64,000 nucleotides of DNA from Octopus vulgaris (Eukaryota), in NCBI GenBank assembly GCA_951406725.2, contig OX597824.1, positions 17,732,001-17,796,000 on the forward strand, given 5' to 3'. The notes beneath the pieces were generated by a model. That model was not told the origin of the DNA and made no database searches. It was given only the letters and a program-made list of their open reading frames with translations. Position 1 is the stretch's first letter; each line of letters starts with the position of its first letter. The position numbers and the translations under genes were made by a program. Positions 35,261 through 50,330 of the stretch are shown in pieces.

Positions 35261-36124
35261 TTTTTTTTCCTTTCCCATAATAGCATGAGATAAGAAGGTA
35301 TCAGATGATGATTATATCTGCGTGGGGATTTACCTAAAATCTTGCGGGGATAATTGTGTGGAGAAAAGATTAAAAAATAAAAATTACCCACAATACATAG
35401 ACCTCCTGATAGAGCAGTACAAGGAAGCCTAAGATCTAAAACCACCCTAAAAAGCAAGGGCAAGAGCATTCCCACTGTTATCCTTCTCCTGTTCACAGTA
35501 GCATTTTCAGAGTAATTTCATCGCCGCCAACCATTTTTTCGTCGTAGTTACCCTCGTGTTGATATTGCTACTTCAGAAATGCACTTTTCTGTGCATCTTC
35601 AGTTTTCTTTCTAATTACGACTTGAAAACGTCGAAGAGGGTTTCGTTAAATTGGAAGTTATCAACCCTTAATTCTTGCAACAATGTCTGCATTAGAAGCA
35701 TTAGAAGGTATTTCGTTTTAGAGATGAGATAGAAGGAAAATTCTTGCTCAGCTCTAATAAAAAAAAAAGCTCGTTCCCATTCAATATATCCTGTAACAGA
35801 ATTGTCCTACACGTGACAACACTTCAGGGACATTTCTTCACAACTCAGCAATACTCAAGAACTGCATTAGTATTTGCAAAACATCATCCTCAGTCTGGTC
35901 TTATTTGAGCCAGCATTACCTGTCAGTAACTCCGTACGCCTAGGCTTTATCCAAAATGCTCCTCCACAGCATTGCCTCACCAATGATTTCTAAAACTTAC
36001 CTTTAGTAATTCCAGACCCGTAATTCCATCCGATCAGTCCAGCCAATTCGGGCTTCTAGATTATTTAAGTTTCCCCGAAGATTCTATTACTCATAATTAT
36101 CGCAAGTCCACTATATATTGACAT

Positions 36125-36355
36125 GGCGGCGAGCTGGCAGAAACGTTAGCACGCCGGGCGAAATGCGTAGCCGTATTTCGTCTCCCGTTGCGTTCTGGGT
36201 TCAAATTCCGCTGAGGTCGACTTTGCCTTTCATCCTTTCGGGGTCGATAAATTAAGTACCAGTTACGCACTGGGATCGATGTAATCGACTTAATCCGTTT
36301 GTCTGTCCTTGTTTGTCCCCTCTGTGTTTAGCCCCTTGTGGGTAGTAAAAAGAAA
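36125..36355 (+). mobile_element. SINE family A, full length, 13-bp TSD
   Basis: TSD tatatattgacat at 36112-36124 and 36356-36368. Confidence 0.95.
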
Positions 36356-36909
36356 TATATATTGACATTTTTCATCGGCCCGTTTGTCCAGCGTCACATA
36401 ACTTTTGCCCGATTATATAGATTTGCCTCTCTGGATGTTATGATGTGAGCCTACCCTTTTTATCAAATAAGGAACTCCTTTTTCTATCGTGTCCTCCTTG
36501 GCGTTTACCTATTCATATAATCTTTATATCACTTCTTGTAAATGTACAGAATAGTACAATTGACGAATCCTCTCGCTGGAAATAAAGTGAGTAAATTTTA
36601 AGCTGTTCTAATGTATAGCAAATTGAATTACATCCGAGACCTAATATTAAGTATCTTCGATATTAATGATTTTCACTTCGTCTTCTACGTTATTTAAATT
36701 GGCTCTAAGACGAGATTAGAAGAAATAATTTCATAAAGCTCAAAAACTAAGTCTATGTGAAATATTTGTTGTGGAAATGCACCCCTAGTAAGCATTCAAT
36801 CCTTCTTTGTGTAGGCCTTGAATATGTACCAAGGACCTATCTTAGAAACAGCATGTAAGCAAACTATTGTTAACATGTTAGCACCAGTATGCTTAAATGC
36901 ATACATATA

Positions 36910-36973
<64 letters not shown>

Positions 36974-36994
36974 CATACAAACATACATATATAT

Positions 36995-37039
<45 letters not shown>

Positions 37040-37046
37040 TACATAT

Positions 37047-37081
<35 letters not shown>

Positions 37082-37174
37082 GACATACATACAATGCATA
37101 CATATATATGTATGTATCTGCATATATCTATCTATACATATATATTTTTTATCCTATTTCTTTTTTCAGTCATT

Positions 37175-37327
<153 letters not shown>

Positions 37328-38164
37328 TTCCTTGTTTGCATCCGTAAACTGGACACTATGTCTCGGTAAGAAACGTACAATATTTTCTCAATTATAACCA
37401 TAAATTCTCACTATTTCGTGAAATACGAGACGAGAGTGCGTGTAACTACAACAGCCATAACCTTTTTTTCATTTTGATTTTTTTATAATTTACTGCATTA
37501 AGTTACTTAAATGCCTCACTAATATAGAAAATAATAATTCAGTTACTTTTTCCCATTATTAATATAGTCAAAGTTTTAAAATGTATTTACAACTGCGACG
37601 GGATGGAAAAACAATATAAGTCAATAAGTAACAACAGCTTTGTAACGATTCCGATTCTTTCGGTATAGTAATTCTAATTCGTGTTCAGACTTAAATCGAC
37701 CAAATGACACAGACTGTACAATGTTGTTAGCTTCCTGGCTAAGTTTCCAGTTTGAAAACATCTCATAATTTACTTCCCCAAAATATCCAAGGGTCAAAGG
37801 TTTCATTCGCTTCTACAATTTGTAATTGAGTAATATACAAGACAGATTTCAGTATATTCTAATTATATATGTATAGTTATCTAGTTACGTACGCTTGTAC
37901 CTACGTACGTACGTACGTACTTACCTAACTACATACCTACACACGTACCTAACCTACCAGTCTAATTACCTATTTATTTGTGTAACTACCTGTCTACCTA
38001 TGTACCTATATGTCCATTGATGTATTTAGACTGTTCGAGAATAACCTACCCCTGGACCAGCGTAAATATATAGTCTCTGCCGCTTTTTCTATCTTTCTCT
38101 CTAACTATTTATCAATACATATATATATATATACATATATTTTTGTATATATATATTCGTTTTT

Positions 38165-38663
38165 TTTATTTGTTTCAGTCATGTGACTGCGACCATGCTG
38201 GATCACAGCCTTTAGTCGAAAAAATCGGCCCCAGGACTTATTCTCTTTAAGCCTTGTATTTATTCTATCGTTCACTCTTTTGCCGAAATCCTAAGTGACG
38301 GGGACCTAAACACACCAACATCGGTTGTCAAATGACGTAAACAACAAATGCACACACACGCACACACACACACGCACACACACACACATATACATACATA
38401 CATACATGCATACATACACACACACACGCACGCACACACACACACACGCACGCACACACACACACATATACATACACACATACATACATACATACATACA
38501 TACATACATACATACATACATACGACTGGCATTTTTCCGTTTCTGTCTACCAAATCCACTCGGAAGGCTTTGGTCGGCCCGAGACTCTTGTCCAAGGTGC
38601 CAGGCAGTGGAACTGAACCCGGAACCATGTGGTTGGGAAGCAAGCTTCTTACCACACAGCCAC
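38165..38663 (-). mobile_element. SINE family B
   Basis: Reverse complement matches 25601-26137, with an internal (TG)/(TATG) tract. Confidence 0.88.
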
Positions 38664-38807
38664 GTGTATGTATGTTGTTTTAAAAAGCAATTGTTCTGAA
38701 CTTATAAGAAATTTGATTGAAAGCTAAGAGAAAAAAAACTCCTTTACAAAATGTGTGATAAAAACAAAAACGGTACACACACGCATGCAAAAAACAAACA
38801 AAAAAAA

Positions 38808-38854
<47 letters not shown>

Positions 38855-39232
38855 GAGAAATACAACGGAAATGAAATAACAAAATGGCAGTCGACTAATA
38901 AGTGACAAGGCGAAGAGGAATTGGTATGCAGACCAATCTGCTGAAACTGGTAGTGACGAGCGATACTATTTTAAGGGTGGAACATTTGCAGCGTGGGGCA
39001 AATCTTTAGTACATAGTCTTCGGATGCCCATTTATATAGTTAACATATTTTATTTTCGTCTCATATTTTATCTTATTTCATTTTCTCATTACTTTTTTCT
39101 TTTTCTTTTTTTTTTCCCTCCCCTTTCGTTTATCGGAAAATATGCGATGTTATGCTTTTCTTTACATCACCATTTAACAGTAGGTGTTTTGTATCGTACA
39201 TGCGTTTTTGTTTGTTTTATAACTTCTGTAAT

Positions 39233-39288
39233 TCACACACACACAAGCACACACACACACACACTCACACACACACACACTCACACAC

Positions 39289-39328
<40 letters not shown>

Positions 39329-39610
39329 ACTTACACACACACACACTCACACACTTACACACTTACACACACACACACACACACACTTACACACACACAC
39401 ACACACAAATACTCACATACTTACACACACACACACACACACACTCACACACTTACACACACACACTCACACACTTACACACACACACACATACACACAC
39501 TCACACATTTACACACACACACACACATACACACACACGCACACACACACACACTCACACACTTACACACACACACACACACACACTCACACACTCACAC
39601 ACACACACAC

Positions 39611-39675
<65 letters not shown>
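39233..39675. repeat. Interrupted (CA)n tract
   Basis: Direct inspection. Confidence 0.95.
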
Positions 39676-39678
<3 letters not shown>

Positions 39679-39980
39679 GCGCGTATAATCGAGAGTGTCA
39701 GCCGGCGGTTTGCTGTTTGTGCGTTACTATGCATTTTGAATTATGGTCTTCAGAAATTTCAGAGATTCCTTAACATTCAAGACTTGCGTGTGTCTGTGTG
39801 AATGCATGTGTGTATGTATGTATGCATGAATGTGTGTGTCTGTGCATGTTGCGTGTGTGTATGCATGCATGTGTGCGCACACGGTTGTGTGTATTCATAT
39901 GCAACACACACGCAGACACACTACATCTAATCTCCGTTTTAAGGACCTCGTCAACAATAATTGCAGAATTACTTGAAGCG

Positions 39981-40227
39981 TTTTGGATTTGGTTTGCAAG
40001 ATTCTTTATGTGGGTTCGTGTGTTGAAGCATATTCTGTTGTGTCTAGGGAGAGTCATTTTCTTTTAGTGCCTTATAAAGTAGCACACTCACCGTGTAAAG
40101 ACTATTGAAAAGGTTGCAAGAAGCAACGAAAATTTTAGGAAAATAAAAATACTAAGTGAAAATTTTATCGGTGAGTGTGTTATATTATAAGGCACAAAAA
40201 GAAAATGACTCTCCCCAGACACAGCAG
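39981..40227. mobile_element. Second copy of the 5672-5993 palindromic element, left arm partly deleted
   Basis: Same start ttttggatttggtttgcaagattctttatg and same right arm ctattgaaaaggttgcaag...ccagacacagcag. Confidence 0.8.
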
Positions 40228-40324
40228 GAATTCAAGCGTGTTTTGCTTTGTAAAAACTAATATAGAATGCTACCTTTTTATTAAATAAGTACTGTAGAAA
40301 TAGTCATTTATTCTATTGTATGCC

Positions 40325-40529
40325 TCAGTCATTTGACTGTGGCCATGCTGGAGCACCGCCTTTAGTCGAACAAATCGACCCCAGGACTTATTATATCGGT
40401 ATTTTGCCGAATTGTTAGCTTACGTAGACACACCAACATCGGTTGTCAAACGATGGTGATGCGGATTAACACAGAAATACAAACATATTCATGCACACGC
40501 ACATACATGCACGCACACACACACACACA

Positions 40530-40616
<87 letters not shown>

Positions 40617-40773
40617 GACGGGCTTCTTTTCAGTTTCCGTCTATCAAATCCACTCACAAGGATTTGGTCGACCCGAAGCTGTAGTAGAAGGGACTTGCTC
40701 AAGATGCCTCGCAGTGGAACTGAACCCGGAAGCATGTGGCTGGTAAGCAAGCTACTTACTACACAGGCACTCC
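40325..40773 (-). mobile_element. SINE family B
   Basis: Reverse complement of the family B head and tail. Confidence 0.88.
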
Positions 40774-41019
40774 GCACGAATCACTTGGATGGCATTTCTA
40801 CAGAATCCAGATAAGGCGAGTAAGTGTTTATTAGGTACCTGAGAACGGATATTTAAAGAAAATCTTTATAATGATGCAGGTTTTTCAAAGACTGAGAATA
40901 AAGGAATTTCAAAAGAAGTGGACTGTATTTATATGGCATATAAAAGAGAAATCTTTGACCTACACAAATTTTATTGTAAATCAATGATAGTTCCAAATTT
41001 TATGAAAGAGAAACTAACT

Positions 41020-41051
<32 letters not shown>

Positions 41052-41166
41052 AATTTTCCTTGTGTTATGTGTCCTGTACCCATATATGCATATATGTATA
41101 CATGTAGATGTAGGTACGTACGTATGCGTATGTATATATGCATATGTCTTATTTATTATCTTGTTA

Positions 41167-41208
<42 letters not shown>

Positions 41209-41259
41209 GCATACTTAAGAAATATATAGATAAATATCTATAAACAGATAAACTGCTAC

Positions 41260-41306
41260 TCTAGACCGATGAAGGACAATGATCCTGAAACATGCATGTC
41301 TCTAGA
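41260..41306 (+). ncRNA. Minimal type I hammerhead ribozyme motif (Penelope-type)
   Basis: tctaga-CCGATGA-agga(caatga)tcct-GAAA-catgcatg-TC-tctaga: stems I, II and palindromic III with a GUC site; U4 is C. Confidence 0.75.
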
Positions 41307-41586
41307 TGCAGGCCTGGCTGCTGGGGGTGTTTATCTCCCCTTCGTAAATGTATATAAGGACACAGGAAAAATGTGTTAAAGCCATCAGGAGGCGTCGATG
41401 CTTCCTAGGGCTAAACAGCGGTGGTGTAACTCCCTCCTGTCACGTTTAAGTTAGATTGACAGTATACAACCATTATATAAACAGATATTTATATAGAAAT
41501 GAGTGAATGTATATACATATATATATACACATACACACATGCATATATATATATATATATATACATACACATATTCATATGTATAC

Positions 41587-41644
<58 letters not shown>

Positions 41645-41677
41645 CTTTGAATGTATGTATGTATAATGATATAAATC

Positions 41678-42052
41678 GTTGCATTCCGTCGGTTACGACG
41701 ATGTGGGTTCTATTGATCCGATGAACGGAACAGCCTGCTCGTGAAATTAATGTGTAAGTGGCTGAGCACTCCACAGACACGGGTACCCTTAACGTACTTC
41801 TCAGGGAGATTCAGCGTGACACAGTGTATGATAAAGCTGGCCCCTTTGAAATACAGGTACAAGAGAAACAAGAAAAAAGAGTGAGAGACAGTTGTGTTGA
41901 AAGAGTACAGAAGGGTTCGCCACCCCCACCCCTCTGCCGGAATTATAGTTTTTTTCGCTCAATAAATTCTAACAACGCCCGGTCTGGGAATCGAAACTGC
42001 AGTCCCACGACCGCGACTCCGTTTCCGTAACTACAGGGCAATTGCGACCCCA
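41678..42052 (-). mobile_element. SINE family C, tail type 2
   Basis: Colinear with 34049-34434. Confidence 0.88.
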
Positions 42053-42432
42053 CAAGGATATACACATATATATACGCATATTCGTGTGGGTGTGCGTGCG
42101 AGCGTGTGAGCTAGAGGATATTTCCTCTCTTCGAGACTATTACATGAAGTGTTTAAGTTTTGGTTATGTTTAGCCGGAAAAGGAAAAATTCATCAGAGAC
42201 CTAATTAATACGAAAATTGAGTCAAGTATGTCATTAATCTCACTTTTAAGTCTCTGCTTTCTTCCTCTTGCTCTCCACCTGTCATTAATTTGTCCCTCTA
42301 ACTCGGGCATTCTCACACATAGAGGATAGTTACCCGTACACGAGTCGGGCACAACTGAGGTGGAGATGCGAATGCATACACACCCACATGTAACGGCAAC
42401 CATAGTTTCAGTTAAATGCTTTGTAAATCAAA

Positions 42433-42660
42433 GGCGGCGAACTGGCAGAAACGTTACCGCGGCGGGCGAAATGCGTAGCCGTACTTCGTCTGCCGTTACA
42501 TTCTGAGTTCAAATTCCGCCGAGGTCGACTTTTCATCCTTTCGGGGTCGATAGATTATGTACCAGTTACGCACTGGGATCGATGTAATCGACTTAATCCG
42601 TTTGTCTGTCCTTGTTTGTCCCCTCTGTGTTTAGCCCCTTGTGGGTAGTTAAAAATTAAA
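42433..42660 (+). mobile_element. SINE family A
   Basis: TSD tttgtaaatca at 42420-42430 and 42668-42678. Confidence 0.92.
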
Positions 42661-42766
42661 AAAATTCTTTGTAAATCAGAATTTGCCATGCATTTCTGCA
42701 AAATTTTATGTACAACAAAACAGCTATAATTTCAGATTCTTTTCGTAAAATAGGAATTGGGAGAAC

Positions 42767-43245
42767 GTCTTTACGTTCTGAGTTCATCCTTTTGGGATTG
42801 ATTAAATAAGTACCAGTTACGCACTGAGGTCGAAGCAATCGACTTAATCCGTTGGCCTGTCCTTGTTTCTCCCCTCTGTGCGTAGCCCCTTGTGGGTAGT
42901 AAAGAAATAGGTATTTCGTCTGTCCTTACGTTCTGAGTTCAAATACCGTCGAAGTCGACCTTGCCTTTCATCCTTTCGGGTTCGATAAATTAAATACCAG
43001 TTACGCACTGGGGTAAATATAATCGACTTAATCCGTTTGTCTGTCCTTGTTTGTCCCCTCTGTGTTTAGCTCCTTGTGGATAGTAAATAAATAGAAATAG
43101 GTATTTCGTCTCTCCTCACGTTCTGAGTTCAAATACCATCGAGGTCGACTTTGCTTTTCATCCTTTTGGTGTCGATAAATTAAGTACCAGTCTTACCTCC
43201 TCCTCCAAGATTTCAAGCCTTATGCCTACAGTAGAAAGGATTATG
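42767..43245 (+). mobile_element. SINE family A headless trimer
   Basis: Three tandem acgttctgagttca... units joined at aaagaaataggtatttcgtct-like junctions. Confidence 0.88.
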
Positions 43246-43466
43246 AAAAGCGCGTTGCCCCCCCAATTTTCAACATGTATATTTTAATAAGAGTTTCTTT
43301 GAAAAAATATAACCTCTAAACGTTCACATACCGATGGCTATATCCACGTCATTATGTGTATACGTGGAGGTGTGCGAGAGTATGCGTGTAAATAATTGCA
43401 CATATTATATACACACGCATACAAATCAACATAGATGCATACATCGATACATACACGTATGTGTGT

Positions 43467-43529
<63 letters not shown>

Positions 43530-43623
43530 TGGATGTGCATATATGTATATATTGTCTCAGCATGGCTGCAGCTCTCAAGAGGCATTTATTAAGAGAATAT
43601 GTATATATATGTGTGTGTATATA

Positions 43624-43659
<36 letters not shown>

Positions 43660-44139
43660 AGAGAGAGAGACAGATTATGGGGAGGAAATATATAAGTGCG
43701 TACATAAATACATACATATGCATTGCATTCTGTGAAATGCTATATCCATTGGTAAAAGAATACGGTTCTACAGCTCCAACGAAACACGTCTCCATCCCAA
43801 ATGTAGAACCAGACGGTAAGATAATTACTGTTAATTTGGGGCAGGTCAGATGCAGGTTTTTATAAAAGTGTATTTATCACATGGTGAAATGCACTGTTGG
43901 AATATAGGATTACATAAATATCACAGACAGTCGCACAAAGACACACAACGAACGGCGCAGACGCAGACGAACACATAAGCACTCCTGCATATGTAGACTT
44001 ACGGTTCTGTATTCTTATATTCATAAGAGCAGATATATGTCTATCTATTTCTGTAAATTCCTACGTACAATTCCTAGCCATATATTTGTCTATCTGTTTA
44101 TCTGTTAATCAGGTTATCTGTATGACTGCCTTCCCAGCG

Positions 44140-44233
<94 letters not shown>

Positions 44234-44337
44234 ACTCATCAAGCTACCTCTGTCTGTCTGTTTCCCACTCCCTTTCTCTCTCACTCTCTTCCTCTACTCT
44301 CTCTCCTTCTCTCCCCCTCTCTCTCTACCTATATGTA

Positions 44338-44390
<53 letters not shown>

Positions 44391-44392
<2 letters not shown>

Positions 44393-44560
44393 TACTCTTT
44401 TACTTGTTTCAGTCATTTGACTGCGGCCATGCTGGGGCATCGCCTTCTAGTCGAGCAAATCGGTCTCAGGCCTTATTCTTTGTAAGCCTAGTACTTATTC
44501 TATCGGTCTCTTTTTTCCGAACCGCTAACTTACTGGGACGTAAACACACCAGCATCGGTT
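44391..44560 (-). mobile_element. SINE family B 3' half
   Basis: cttttacttgtttcagtcatttgactgcggccatgctgg... Confidence 0.88.
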
Positions 44561-44869
44561 TATATATATATATGTGAGGTTTTGGTATCCTGAAGACCCA
44601 AAATGGCAGGTAAGGCTATGTAAGTGTTACGGAAGAACCGTAGTTAGACTTCCGGTTCGATAACAGTATGAGTAAGGAGACTAATGGGCGTGTAAATGTT
44701 AAATAAAAATGATACAAAATAGCCAACACTATGTGAAATTTTTAGGCCATTTATAAAGTGAAAGATAGACTAACTTTCTCTTTATGAATTTTCTAGAAAT
44801 TTCAGCCTGCCTTGGCTTTGTCGTCTCCTTTTAATAACACCCCCCACACACACATACATGTGTATATAT

Positions 44870-44900
<31 letters not shown>

Positions 44901-44920
44901 CATGCACACATGTATATATA

Positions 44921-45287
44921 GGCGCAGGAGTGGCTGCGTGGTAAGTAGCATGGTTCCAGGTTCATTCCCGATGCGTGGCACGGGTGTCTTCAGACCAAAG
45001 CCTTGTGAGTGGATTTGGCAGACAGAAACTGAAAGAAGCCCGTCGTATATATGTATATATAAGTGTGTGTGTGTGTGTTTATGTGTTTGTGTTTGCTTCC
45101 CCAACATCGCTTGAAAACCGATGGTGGTGTGTTTACGTCCCCGTAAATTAGCGGATCGGCAAAAGGAACCGATAGAATAAGTACTAGGCTTACAAAGAAT
45201 AAGTCATGGGGACGATTTGCTCGACTAAAGGCGGTGCTCCAGCATGGCATACGTCAAATGACTGAAACAGGTAAAAGAGTAAAGAGT
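44921..45287 (+). mobile_element. SINE family B
   Basis: ggcgcaggagtggctgcgtggtaagtagc...gtaaaagagtaaagag. Confidence 0.9.
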
Positions 45288-45362
45288 ATATAGTGAGAGA
45301 GAGAGGGAGAGAGAGAAAAAAGAGAGAGAGGGAAGTTTAATATATATATATATATGTATATA

Positions 45363-45509
<147 letters not shown>

Positions 45510-46009
45510 GCGTGTGTATAAATATAAATATGAGAAAGAAAAGTAGAAAATAGTGATTCAGAAATACGAATGGAGAAGGGTAGCAGAATGAGAGAGCTTA
45601 AGCGATATATATCTTATCCGTATACTTATATGGACGGGAGATATGGAGAAATATGTGTTGTGCCTGCTACCTGAACGGCAAAAATCTGGTGTGTAGTGGC
45701 CTTCTCAATTTACACTGTAAATCCATGCAGCTATATTAGTAGTGGAACAGAAGTCAGTAAACCCCCCTGACCTAAGCCGAATAGCTATCATTTATACGGT
45801 AAGAACCCCACTGCGAGCGGTAAATAAGGGAGATGGTGAGAGTGGAATGCCTGAGAAATGGTGTGAGTTATGGGTAGAGCGTGAGTCAGACGGTGATATA
45901 TAGTATGAAAGATGAAGGACTGTTAGTAAGTAAACAGATGCTGGGGGTATGCAATAGGCAAGCATACGTGCACCCGCATATAAATAAACATACAAATGCA
46001 AGAACACAA

Positions 46010-46042
<33 letters not shown>

Positions 46043-46043
46043 C

Positions 46044-46110
<67 letters not shown>

Positions 46111-46160
46111 TATATATATATTTATTTATACATATGGGGTCGATTTGCGCGATTGCATCA

Positions 46161-46216
<56 letters not shown>

Positions 46217-46259
46217 TATAGTATGTATATATATATGTATATATACATATTAATGTATT

Positions 46260-46650
46260 CTTTTCTCTGTTTCAGGCATTTGAATGCGGCCATGCTGGTG
46301 CACACCGCCGCCTCTAGTCGACCAAATCGAGCCCAGAAAAAAGACTTTGTAAGTCAAGTACTTATTCTACCAGTCTCTTTTTGCTAAGTTACGAGGACGT
46401 AAACACACCAGCATCGGTTGTCAAGCGATTTTGCGAGGACAAACACACACACACAATCACACATACATACATACATATCTATATACATATACCCGATGGG
46501 CTTCTTTCTGTTTCCGTCTACCAGATCCACTCATAAGGCTTTGGTCGGCTCGAGACTATAGTAAAAGAGATTTGCCCAAGTACCACGCAGTCGGACTGAA
46601 CCCGGAACCATGTGGTTGTTAAGTAAGCTACTTACCACACAACCACTCCT
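46260..46650 (-). mobile_element. SINE family B
   Basis: Reverse complement of the family B consensus. Confidence 0.85.
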
Positions 46651-46885
46651 ATGTTAAGTGGTAATAAAAATATTTTACATTAACCTGATGGATTACTCAA
46701 TGCTTTACTAAAGTACAAATTTATTATTCTTATACAAAATGCTGTTGACAGTAACTTCGAATTTTCGGCCAGCTAAACATACTTAAGAAGCGTACATAAT
46801 ATATTCTCAACAATAACATAACACCAAATTATATATAAAAATTTGGGAGGTGGGGGAGGCGAGAGTGGGGAAAGCAAGTGTGGGA

Positions 46886-46921
<36 letters not shown>

Positions 46922-46971
46922 TGTATGTATGTATGTATGTATGAATGTATGTATGTATATATGTATGTATG

Positions 46972-47031
<60 letters not shown>

Positions 47032-47493
47032 GACTGGATCGTGTCTTGTGTTCTTAGGCAAGACTTTCCATTTCTCGTGGCTCCAGTTCTCTCAGCTGTA
47101 GAAAAGGTATGTGACGTCACACGTGTCAATTTGTACCAGCTTTTGCTTTCCCCTGGACAACATCGGTGGGGTGGAGACGGGAGCCTGTAATGCATATCTA
47201 ACTGCTGGTATTCTCTAAACAACCTGCCTGGACTTGTGCTTCGGAAGGGACATTTCTAGGTGCTATCTTATGGACATTCATGGAATTGCACCTTTCTACA
47301 CTGATATATATATATATATATACATATATAAACAGACACACTGTAAATGTCCTAAGATCTTTGCGCCTCATGAAAAGAGATAAATTATGAATAGATTCCT
47401 GAACTGCACTTGTACTCAATGGGCCCTAAATAGCGTAGAGATAAATAGATCTAGGTAATTCCGAACTCACACGCATAGACATACACACGCAAG

Positions 47494-47561
<68 letters not shown>

Positions 47562-48227
47562 CATAAGAGGAACAAGCAAAATGGAGAAACATCAAAATTA
47601 GAGGAAGAAATTTTAAAATAATGATGTTATCATTATAACGCTTGAAATAAAAGACAAAATATTATTAACGTTTCGGATGCTAGTCCTGCATCAGAAAATG
47701 AAAAGAATGTAGAGAGAAAGATCAAAAGCTGGATGTCAGTTCCTGCAATTCTACACTTCAATTCAGCCTAATGTAACCTATTACTGTTAGGAACACTGCT
47801 TCCTAATACTTAAATTTCTCTCCTCACCTTAGTGATATTTTGCTAATCGGCAGAGTGCAGTAGGAACACTGTTCACATGGCCAGTTTCTCAGTCTACGCA
47901 ATACTAGCCCACATTTCTGCTTTATTGTTCTTGTTAGTGCTGAATATCATAGAGAATTCGCAACCCGAGTGAAATTCAAGGCCCACATACTGGTTTTGTT
48001 GTAGCAACATTTACATTAACATAAAACATCCGGGCATTCGTACGGAGATTTCACTGCAAGCACAAGTCGCCCTTAAATCCCGAAGTTCCTGCAAATCCAT
48101 GCCCCGAACCATACCTCGCGGGTCGCGGTCAAATTCCTTTTCCAGCGGTAACATGCAAGCGTACTCATTTTGGCAGTATTCTCTGTTGGAAATATAATAT
48201 ATCTTCAAACCACCACACACATACATC

Positions 48228-48288
<61 letters not shown>

Positions 48289-48454
48289 ATGTGTGTGTGT
48301 GAATATGAGACATTTCCAAATAGGATGTAATACATACATTCGTAGATATATATATATATGTGTGTGTGTTTATGTATACATATATATATATGTGTACATA
48401 TGTATATATATATATATATATATAAATATATATATATATATGTACATATGTATA

Positions 48455-48510
<56 letters not shown>

Positions 48511-48527
48511 TATGTATATATATATAC

Positions 48528-48585
<58 letters not shown>

Positions 48586-48861
48586 CGTAGGAACTAGGTT
48601 GGCATGATTTAGAGCCCTTCAAATTTCTAAAGAAAGCGGTAAAATGCCATTAATCTTTAATTCATTAGTGACGAGAGTATAATATATCTATAATTTTATT
48701 GAATAAAGCGAAGGAAGTCAGTTAAACTGCTTGAGACTGGTTTCTATTTCAATGTTTACGAGCAAATTTCAGACGTTGCTGACATGGCAATGGTACTACT
48801 AATTTATTCAATGTTACAACTAATTTCTATTTGGAACTAAAGCGTAAATTCCGTTTGTAAA

Positions 48862-49028
48862 TATTGGGTTGTCCGGAAAGTTCGTGTCGATTTTTAAAGG
48901 GAAGAAAAAGGTGAATAAATACTTGCCATTACATTTTTAATCAACCAGATATGAACCATTTTGTTGCACAATGCCTCTCCATCTTTTCTTGAACTTGAGA
49001 ATACCCTCTTCCCAGAATTGAGGTGGTT
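48862..49028 (-). mobile_element. mariner 3'-end fragment
   Basis: TIR tattgggttgtccggaaagttcg; minus-strand translation PPQFWEEGILKFKKRWRGIVQQNGSYLVD* matches the mariner transposase C-terminus. Confidence 0.8.
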
Positions 49029-49035
49029 ATATATA

Positions 49036-49108
<73 letters not shown>

Positions 49109-49119
49109 ATATATCTTCT

Positions 49120-49736
49120 CACTTTTCGTCTCTTTCCTTCAGTGCAGTTTTTATACGGCCAGTAGGTTTGTGAAAAATATTCTCTGAATTTTCTATTGCA
49201 TAGGTATATTTTTAAGGTATGACATCAGTAATGATCTCTAACTTCACACGCATCATAAGGTCCAATTTATTGCCTTCTTAAATCTTTTAGGGCTCCACCA
49301 CCCCCAAATATGCTAGGGCAGGATTTGATGGATATTTCACTGTTCTTGGTGTCAAATCGAATATACATCCTCACCCCTTTAATTTTTGACCGGGACAGCA
49401 GCTATCCTGCTGGCTTGGGTAAAAGCCTTTTCTTTGAGTCAATAAGAAGCTACCCAGTTTAATAGGTTACAGCCTCTATTACTGTTTTGTTTAGAAAATC
49501 CCTCGTTATGACTTATTGACTTCCTTCTCTGTTCGTATAGACAGTTGAATACAATTACATACGACCGTTTCATCCAAGTTGTTTGAAGAAGTTCTTCCTT
49601 CATTTGGAAGAATTCCACAAATATATTTATGTACATGCGTCTTCGCTCTTGCCTCTCTCACACACTCATACCATCTTCCTCAGGCTTTCCTTCTTCTTCT
49701 TCTTCTTCTTTTTCTTCTTCTTCTTCTCCTCCTTCG

Positions 49737-49767
<31 letters not shown>

Positions 49768-49787
49768 CTTCTTCTTCTCCTCCTTCG

Positions 49788-49818
<31 letters not shown>

Positions 49819-50330
49819 CTTCTTCTTCTTCTTCTTCTTCTTCTTCTTCTTCTTCTTCTTCTTCCATTCACGACTTGCTTCTCTCTCTCTCTCTGTTTCT
49901 CTCACACATACCCTCTCCGTCTGTCTTTCCTCCTTCATCCCAATTTCCATCTAGTGGTACGTCATTTCTTGTACAAGGTTGCGAAAACAAATATACAAAT
50001 ACTTCATTAAATAAAACTTTTTTTCTTTTTATGGAAGGGATTAGCAGCCCTTCTGCTGGCTTGGATAGAAGCTTTGTCTTTGATTCAATTAGCTCACCAG
50101 TGTAAAATATTAGAATCTTTATAACTGCCGTGTCTACAAGTGATCTGCGTTCGTGTCCCACGAGCAGCCTTCGACTATGTCTAACCAGATGGGTTTCAAC
50201 CTAATATTTTAAAAGTTATAGCTTTAAATGTTATATTTTAAATGTCATTAACAGCTTTACGTGCTTGAGACCCATTGCCCTAAAAAGAATTATTCAGGTT
50301 CTCTCGAAAGTTTGCATTCTCTTATAACAT
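49120..50330 (-). pseudogene. Possible highly decayed non-LTR reverse transcriptase fragment, split by a (TCT)n tract
   Basis: Only scattered motif-like peptides (LNQRQSFYP..GC; LAYLGV; VKLEIITDVIP) with many stops. Confidence 0.25.
49690..49864. repeat. (TCT)n microsatellite
   Basis: Direct inspection; source of the poly-E/K/R ORFs. Confidence 0.95.

Noticed and set aside
35280-36600. Possible decayed LINE coding sequence
   Set aside because: Composition is suggestive but I could not read any diagnostic RT or endonuclease motif.
37621-37812. Minus-strand ORF with RKNRNRYKAVVTY resembling the PTP KNRY motif
   Set aside because: A stop follows immediately and no other phosphatase motif or neighbouring exon was found; likely chance.
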